Below, in pieces: positions 47,488 to 52,707 of a stretch of 52,707 bases of DNA; positions within the stretch are counted from its first letter, which is position 1; every line of letters begins with the position of its first letter. The position numbers were made by a program, and so were the translations under genes. The stretch lies in contig DASSPJ010000044.1 in NCBI GenBank assembly GCA_035699665.1, forward strand, positions 1 to 52,707. The letters run 5' to 3'. The notes beneath the pieces were generated by a model. That model saw only the letters and a program-made list of their open reading frames with translations, did no database searches and had not been told where the DNA came from. The DNA is from Candidatus Limnocylindria bacterium (GTDB lineage Bacteria > Chloroflexota > Limnocylindria > QHBO01).

Positions 47488-48477
47488 TCATGTGGCAAGC
47501 GCCGGGTCCTCCGCCGCCGCACCCGCGAAGCGGCGACCGAGCCACGCATCCACGCTCCAGCGCCCGCTCCCCAGCACGACGAGGATCGAGCTCAGCCCGA
47601 AGAGGCCCACGTGGGCCAGGATCGGGTCGTCCGGCAGGCCGAAGACGGCGAGGGTGAGCACCGCGAACCCGACCACGGCGGAGGCACGGGTCAGCACGCC
47701 CAGCAGGATGGCGAGGCCCAGGGCCGCCTCCACCAGCCCTGCGCCCACCACCCACAGGTCCGGCGACACCGGGATGAGCGAGGTGAGGTGGTACCGGTCG
47801 ACCGCCTCGAGGGCCTGGGGGTAGACGAGGAACTTGTCGACGATCCCCGAGGCGAGGAAGGCGCCGCCGAGCCCGACGCGCACCAGCAGCGGCACCCAGT
47901 CGTCGTAGACCGATGGCGCCGGCGCCTCGGTCGCCGCCGCGCGTCCCGGAGCCCGTGGGAAGGCGTGGCGCAGCAGGTCGTCGACGCTCGGCAGCCCGGG
48001 GCCCAGCAGCGCCAGGGCGGCCAGCCCGCCGGCCACGTCCCAGATCTCGATCAGCCCCGGCTGCCACACCAGCCCGCCGAGGTAGATGAGCAGACCGATG
48101 ATCGCCGCGGGGCGCACTGCCAGCCCCAGCAGCAGCAGGAATCCGAGCGCGCTGAGCGCCAGGTACGGCCACTCCGGCGGGCTGACGTCGGGCGCGAACA
48201 GGACCCGCGTCATGCCCGCACCGAGCAGGACCAGGCCGAACGACAGGCGCAGCATCCACGGAACGAAGGGGCGGTAGCTCTCGGCGCGGGCGACGAGGCG
48301 GCGGCGCGCGGTCTCCATCGGTCTCAAGCGCGCCCAGGCGACGACCAGTCCGAGCACCAGGAGCGCGCCGGCGGCCAGCGCCAGGACGTGGAGCGGGTTT
48401 GCGAGGGCGTCCAGCACGAAGCCGATGGGATCCGCGGCGGGCTGCGGATCGGTCACGTAGCGCACGTGGGGGAACAT
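47488..48477 (-). CDS. DoxX-like integral membrane protein (two DoxX-like halves)
   Basis: ATG 48477, in frame with ORF 47488..48774. WMLRLSFGLVLLGAGMTRV and LLVRVGLGGAFLASGIVDKF resemble the DoxX N-terminal motif. Multi-TM. Confidence 0.55.
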   Translation of the reverse strand: MFPHVRYVTDPQPAADPIGFVLDALANPLHVLALAAGALLVLGLVVAWARLRPMETARRRLVARAESYRPFVPWMLRLSFGLVLLGAGMTRVLFAPDVSPPEWPYLALSALGFLLLLGLAVRPAAIIGLLIYLGGLVWQPGLIEIWDVAGGLAALALLGPGLPSVDDLLRHAFPRAPGRAAATEAPAPSVYDDWVPLLVRVGLGGAFLASGIVDKFLVYPQALEAVDRYHLTSLIPVSPDLWVVGAGLVEAALGLAILLGVLTRASAVVGFAVLTLAVFGLPDDPILAHVGLFGLSSILVVLGSGRWSVDAWLGRRFAGAAAEDPALAT

Positions 48478-48544
48478 GCGATCGATGGTCCCACCATCGT
48501 CCGGTGCGTGCACGATAATGGCCGCCCACCTCCGAGGAGCATCG

Positions 48545-50617
48545 ATGAAGCCGACCACGCCCGATCGCATTCGCAACGTCGCACTCATCTCCCACGGTGG
48601 CGCCGGCAAGACGAGCCTCGCCGAGGCGATGCTCTTCGACGCCGGCGCGATCGCGCGGCTGGGCAGCGTCGACGCCGGCACGAGCGCGTTCGACCACGAT
48701 CCCGACGAGCAGAAGCGCCGGCAGAGCATCAACCTCGCGGTCGGCACGCTCGAGCACGACGGCACGCGGATCACGATCGTCGACTCACCCGGCTACGCGG
48801 ACTACGCCTCGGACGTGGTGCAGGCACTGGCCGCGGTGGATGCCGCGATCGTGGTGGTCGACGCGAGCGCCGGCGTCGAGGTCGGCACCGAGGAGGTGTG
48901 GCGGATGGCCGACGAGCGCCGCCTCCCCCGCTTCGTGTTCGTCAACAAGATGGACCGCGAGAACGCCAACTACGACGCGGCGCTGGACGGCCTGAAGGCG
49001 AAGTTCGGCCCCAAGATCGCGCCGGTCTACCTCCCGATCGGGGCGGCCGATGACTTCCGTGGCTACGTCGACGTCATCGAGGAGCACGCCACCGTCTACG
49101 AGAACGGCAAGCCGACCGAGGTGCCGATTCCGCCCGAGCTGGAGGGCATCGAGCACTCCCGGCGCGACGCGCTGGTCGAGGCGGCTGCCGAGGCGAGCGA
49201 CGAGCTCATGGAGAAATACCTCGAGGGCCAGCCGTTCACCGACGCCGAGATCGAGGCCGCGGTCCACAAGGGCACTCGCGAGGGCAGCGTGGTGCCGGTC
49301 TTCGTCGGCAGCGCGATCAGGAACATCGGCGTGCGCGAGCTGCTCAGCATGATCGCCCGGCACATCCCTTCCCCTGCCGAGCTCGGCGCGCGTGAGGCGG
49401 CCGATGGCAGCCGCGTCGAGCCGGATCCATCCGCGCCGTTCGTCGCGCAGGTCTTCAAGACGACCGCCGATCCGTTCGTCGGGCGGCTCACCTACTTCCG
49501 GGTCTTCTCCGGGTCGCTGAGCAGCCAGGGTCACGTGTGGAACGTCAACCGCAAGGCCGAGGAGCGGTTCGGCAACCTGCTCGGCCTGATGGGCAAGGAC
49601 CAGGTCACGATCCCCAAGGTCGGTCCCGGCGACATCGCCGCGGTGGCCAAGCTGACCGGCACGCATACCGGCGACACGCTCGTCGCGGACCGCTCGCAGT
49701 CCACCCAGATGCCGCCGCTGGTCTTCCCCAACCCGACGCTCCAGGTGGCGGTCGAGCCCGAGTCGAAGGCCGATCTCGACAAGCTCGGGCAGGCCCTGCA
49801 CCGGCTCGAGGAGGAGGAGCCGGCGATCCGCATCCACCGCGAGGAAGGGACCAACGAGACGATCCTGACCGCCATGGGCGACGCCCAGGTCGACGTCATC
49901 GTCGAGCGCCTCAAGCGCAAGTTCGGCGCATCGGTCCGCACCGCCACGCCGCGCGTGCCGTATCGCGAGACGATCCGCAGGCCAACCCGGATCGACAACA
50001 AGTACAAGCGCCAGACCGGGGGCCACGGCCAGTATGGCCACGTGGTGATCGAGTTCGAGCCCGGCTCGATGGGCGACGGCTTCGTCTTCGGCGACCGGAT
50101 CGTCGGCGGGGTGGTGCCCAAGCAGTACATCCCGGCGGTCGAGAAGGGCCTGCGCGAGGCCATGGCCGAGGGCGTGCTGGCCGGCTACCCGGTGGTCGAC
50201 CTCAAGGCCACCCTGGTGGACGGCTCGTACCACACCGTCGACAGCTCCGAGATGGCCTTCAAGGTCGCCGCCTCACAGGCCCTCAAGCGCGCCTTCGAGC
50301 AGGCCGATCCGATCCTCCTCGAGCCGATCCTGGAGGTCGAGGTGATCGTGCCCGACGAGTACATGGGCGACGTGATGGGGCAGCTCACCGGGAAGCGGGG
50401 CCACGTGCTCGGCATGGACTCCGACGGCGGCCTCCAGCACCTTCGCGCCCAGGTCCCGCAGTCCGAGATGTCGCACTACGCCACCGAGCTGCGCAGCATC
50501 ACCCAGGGCCGGGGCCGCTTCTCGTGGCGCGTCGACCACTACGCGGAGGTGCCGCACCAGATCGCCGAGAAGGTCATCGCGGAGCACGCCGCGAAGACCG
50601 GGACGGACCGGCATTGA
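48545..50617 (+). CDS. elongation factor G paralogue (EF-G2-like translational GTPase)
   Basis: ATG 48545 with GAGGAG 5 nt upstream. NVALISHGGAGKTSLAEA, DSPGYADY, NKMD, and EF-G domains II-V. About 690 aa. The N-terminus is divergent from canonical FusA. Confidence 0.85.
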   Translation: MKPTTPDRIRNVALISHGGAGKTSLAEAMLFDAGAIARLGSVDAGTSAFDHDPDEQKRRQSINLAVGTLEHDGTRITIVDSPGYADYASDVVQALAAVDAAIVVVDASAGVEVGTEEVWRMADERRLPRFVFVNKMDRENANYDAALDGLKAKFGPKIAPVYLPIGAADDFRGYVDVIEEHATVYENGKPTEVPIPPELEGIEHSRRDALVEAAAEASDELMEKYLEGQPFTDAEIEAAVHKGTREGSVVPVFVGSAIRNIGVRELLSMIARHIPSPAELGAREAADGSRVEPDPSAPFVAQVFKTTADPFVGRLTYFRVFSGSLSSQGHVWNVNRKAEERFGNLLGLMGKDQVTIPKVGPGDIAAVAKLTGTHTGDTLVADRSQSTQMPPLVFPNPTLQVAVEPESKADLDKLGQALHRLEEEEPAIRIHREEGTNETILTAMGDAQVDVIVERLKRKFGASVRTATPRVPYRETIRRPTRIDNKYKRQTGGHGQYGHVVIEFEPGSMGDGFVFGDRIVGGVVPKQYIPAVEKGLREAMAEGVLAGYPVVDLKATLVDGSYHTVDSSEMAFKVAASQALKRAFEQADPILLEPILEVEVIVPDEYMGDVMGQLTGKRGHVLGMDSDGGLQHLRAQVPQSEMSHYATELRSITQGRGRFSWRVDHYAEVPHQIAEKVIAEHAAKTGTDRH

Positions 50618-51234
50618 GCGTCCGCGGCGGAGCCGGCGCGCTGGTCCTCGTGCTTGCCGGTGTCGCGGCGTGCGACGGCGGAGCGTCCAGCCCGACGCCG
50701 TCGGTAGCGGTCCCGACCGCCCTGGTGACGGTTGCGCCATCGGCGACCGCGGTTGCCGAGCGCACCCCGCTCAGCAGCGAGCTCGTCTCGCTGGTCGCGC
50801 CGGCAGGCTGGGCGTACACGGTGACCGAGCCGGGCCAGATCGGTCTGCACCACGCGGAGTTCGATATCACGGTGCTCGTCGCCGCCGCGCTGCAGCAGAC
50901 ACCGACCGGCCTCGCCGATGCCGTGGCGGCGCACCGCGACGCGACCCTGGCGGCGGTGGGTGGCGAGGTGTGCGACGAGCGGGAGACGCAGTCCGTGCTG
51001 CCCGTCCCCGGCCGCGTCACGTTCATCTGTCATCCGCGGCCCGGAGCCGCATCCGAGTCGCTGGTCACCTCGCAGCTGGTCGGCGTCTCGGCGGACGGCA
51101 TGATCGTGTACACCATCCTCAGCCAGGCGGCTGAAGCCACGGCCGCGGAGGCCTTCGACCTCGTCGAGGTCGCGATCTTCCCGACCGTCCGCTGGACCTA
51201 CACGTCGGATCCCCGAATCGGCACCGCGCCGTGA
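50614..51234 (+). CDS. hypothetical lipoprotein
   Basis: TTG 50614 overlaps the EF-G2 stop (TTGA). Signal peptide with lipobox LVLVLAGVAAC. In frame with the tail of ORF 49537..51234. No family recognised. Confidence 0.5.
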   Translation: MSVRGGAGALVLVLAGVAACDGGASSPTPSVAVPTALVTVAPSATAVAERTPLSSELVSLVAPAGWAYTVTEPGQIGLHHAEFDITVLVAAALQQTPTGLADAVAAHRDATLAAVGGEVCDERETQSVLPVPGRVTFICHPRPGAASESLVTSQLVGVSADGMIVYTILSQAAEATAAEAFDLVEVAIFPTVRWTYTSDPRIGTAP

Positions 51235-51284
51235 TTCACTAGGATGCACGCCTACGCCAGCGGCGACCGTGGAGGACGGGCTCT

Positions 51285-52352
51285 GTGACGTGTCGGGGAT
51301 GTGACCGCGACGGGCCCGACGGTCGGTTCTGCGCCCACTGTGGCCGCGACCAGACCTCCGCGCGCGACCGCGGAGCCGCGACGGAGCGCTACGTCGCGCA
51401 GTCGGGCGAGGCGACCCTGGCCCCGTCCGTCGTCAGCACCCTCCTCCCGCACCTTGCCACCGGCGGCCTTGACACGTTCCGCCTCGCCCTGGTGGCCGGC
51501 ACGGTGGTCGTCCTGCTGCTGCTGCTGGCCGGCCTGCTGGCCGGCGCCATCCTGGCGGGCGCCTTCCTGGTGCCGGTCCTCTACCTGGTCTACCTGTACG
51601 AGGTGCGCGTGACGCGGGACACGCCGGCCGCGCTCGTCGGCATGGCGCTCGGCGGCGGCGCCCTTCTCGGGCTGGCCCTGGCGATCGCCGCGCGGGCCCT
51701 GACGCCCGCCGCACCCTTCTTCGATATCGGCGGATCGTCCGGATGGATCCTGCCGGCGGTGATCCCGGTGCTCGTGGGCGAGCTCATCAAGCCGATCCCC
51801 GTCCTCGTCGGGGCGCGGCGCATCGCGCTCCAGGCTCCGGACGGCGTGGTGCTGGGTGTGGCGTCGGGGGTCGGCTTTGCGCTGGGCGAAACGCTCGCTC
51901 GCTACGGCAGCCTCCTTCCGGAGCTCGAGAGCAGCGCGCGCCCCGCGGACTGGATCGTGCCCGTCCTGGTGCTGGCGCTCCTGCGCCCGATCCTGCACGG
52001 CGCCACCACCGGCGTGCTGGTCGGCCTCCTCGCGCGGCCCGCGGCCATGCCGTCGTGGGGACCGGTGCTGGGCATCGGGGCGGTGCTCCTGGCAGCCGCA
52101 TTCACCATCGTCGATGCCGCTCTCGGCGCCAGCGCGCTCGACCCGGTCCTGCGCCTCCTCGCCGATGTCGTGGTGGTGGCTCTCGGCGTGCTGGCGCTCC
52201 GCATCGTGCTCCAGCACATGCTGGTGCGCGAGGCGCGAGCCATGAACCTGAGGCTCGGCACGTGCCCCGGCTGCGATCGGCGACTTCTGCTCGGCGCGTT
52301 CTGCCCCGAATGCGGCGTCGCCACCGCCGCGTCACCGCGGACGCCGACATGA
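51285..52352 (+). CDS. PrsW-like intramembrane protease flanked by N- and C-terminal zinc ribbons
   Basis: GTG 51285 with GGAGGA 8 nt upstream. CRGC...CAHCG at the N-terminus and CPGC...CPECG at the C-terminus. The multi-TM core has GELIK, GFALGE and LHGATTG, reminiscent of the PrsW motifs EExxK / FxxxE / HxxxD. Confidence 0.55.
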   Translation: MTCRGCDRDGPDGRFCAHCGRDQTSARDRGAATERYVAQSGEATLAPSVVSTLLPHLATGGLDTFRLALVAGTVVVLLLLLAGLLAGAILAGAFLVPVLYLVYLYEVRVTRDTPAALVGMALGGGALLGLALAIAARALTPAAPFFDIGGSSGWILPAVIPVLVGELIKPIPVLVGARRIALQAPDGVVLGVASGVGFALGETLARYGSLLPELESSARPADWIVPVLVLALLRPILHGATTGVLVGLLARPAAMPSWGPVLGIGAVLLAAAFTIVDAALGASALDPVLRLLADVVVVALGVLALRIVLQHMLVREARAMNLRLGTCPGCDRRLLLGAFCPECGVATAASPRTPT

Positions 52353-52707
52353 AGCCCTGCACGGCGTGCGGGAGACGCAACCCGCCGGAGCACCGGTTCT
52401 GCGAGCACTGCGGGGCACCCCTCGAGCCGGTGCCGGCCGCGGCTGCCCCGGCGCCCGCCGGCCCGGAGGCCGCAACCCTGGCGCCGGGCGAGGCGTCGCC
52501 ACTGCATCGCCTGCCCACGTGGCTGGCGGTCGGCATCGTGGTGGGCGCGCTCATCGCGTTCGGCATCGTCGGGACCGTCCTGGCCGGCCAGTTCGGCTCT
52601 GCGCCCGGCGGCAACGGGTCCCCCATCCCGTCCGGCAGCGGCGCGGTGCGCACCGTCACGACGACGCACGTGTCCCTGGAGGCGCCGGTGGAGTGGGAGG
52701 CCCAGGC
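52349..52707 (+). CDS. zinc-ribbon plus single-TM protein (3' end lies outside the window)
   Basis: ATG 52349 overlaps the preceding stop (ATGA). MKPCTACGRRNPPEHRFCEHCG, then a Pro/Ala linker, then TM helix WLAVGIVVGALIAFGIVGTVLA. Frame open to the window end. Confidence 0.55.
   Translation, partial: MKPCTACGRRNPPEHRFCEHCGAPLEPVPAAAAPAPAGPEAATLAPGEASPLHRLPTWLAVGIVVGALIAFGIVGTVLAGQFGSAPGGNGSPIPSGSGAVRTVTTTHVSLEAPVEWEAQ

Overview
Very GC-rich bacterial chromosomal segment, judged by eye and not computed. Gene content suggests an uncultured Actinomycetota or Chloroflexota-type terrabacterium: RNase Y with YmdB, F420-type LLM and PPOX enzymes, and many Cys-lipobox lipoproteins. All family calls come from motif recognition in the supplied translations. 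No database search was run.

The backbone is a minus-strand housekeeping array: yebC-ruvC-ruvA ... ruvB-DUF2905-queA-tgt-recA-recX-rny-ymdB-miaA-hflX. Other genes interrupt it in several places. The largest interruption, about 17.3-44.7 kb, separates ruvA from ruvB. It carries a purine and urate catabolic supercluster:
- mocA-like gene, guanine deaminase, D-aminoacylase-like amidohydrolase
- three-subunit xanthine dehydrogenase
- malate synthase
- HIU hydrolase, a GNAT-OHCU decarboxylase fusion, and uricase
- an NCS2 purine permease just outside the block at 13.9-15.3 kb

These genes are interleaved with signalling genes (PAS-GGDEF-EAL, class III cyclase-STAND-TPR) and with poorly characterised genes.

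The best candidate for undescribed biology is the operon diverging from the uricase operon: MBL hydrolase, DUF3830, FMN alpha-hydroxy-acid oxidase, hydantoinase, DinB. It sits where allantoin and allantoate degradation genes would be expected, and none of the canonical ones is recognisable in the window.

Other oddities:
- a 45-codon adenosine-deaminase relic coupled to guaD
- an HTH plus PD-(D/E)xK nuclease fusion with phased upstream repeats next to ruvCA
- a GNAT gene with no usable start codon after a CoA-binding gene
- a PrsW-like protease capped by zinc ribbons

Genes are densely packed, and 4-8 nt stop/start overlaps (GTGA, ATGA, TTGA) are common. I saw no rRNA, tRNA, CRISPR array, transposase or integrase. 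Many long ORFs in the track are antisense shadow ORFs typical of high-GC DNA and were discarded.
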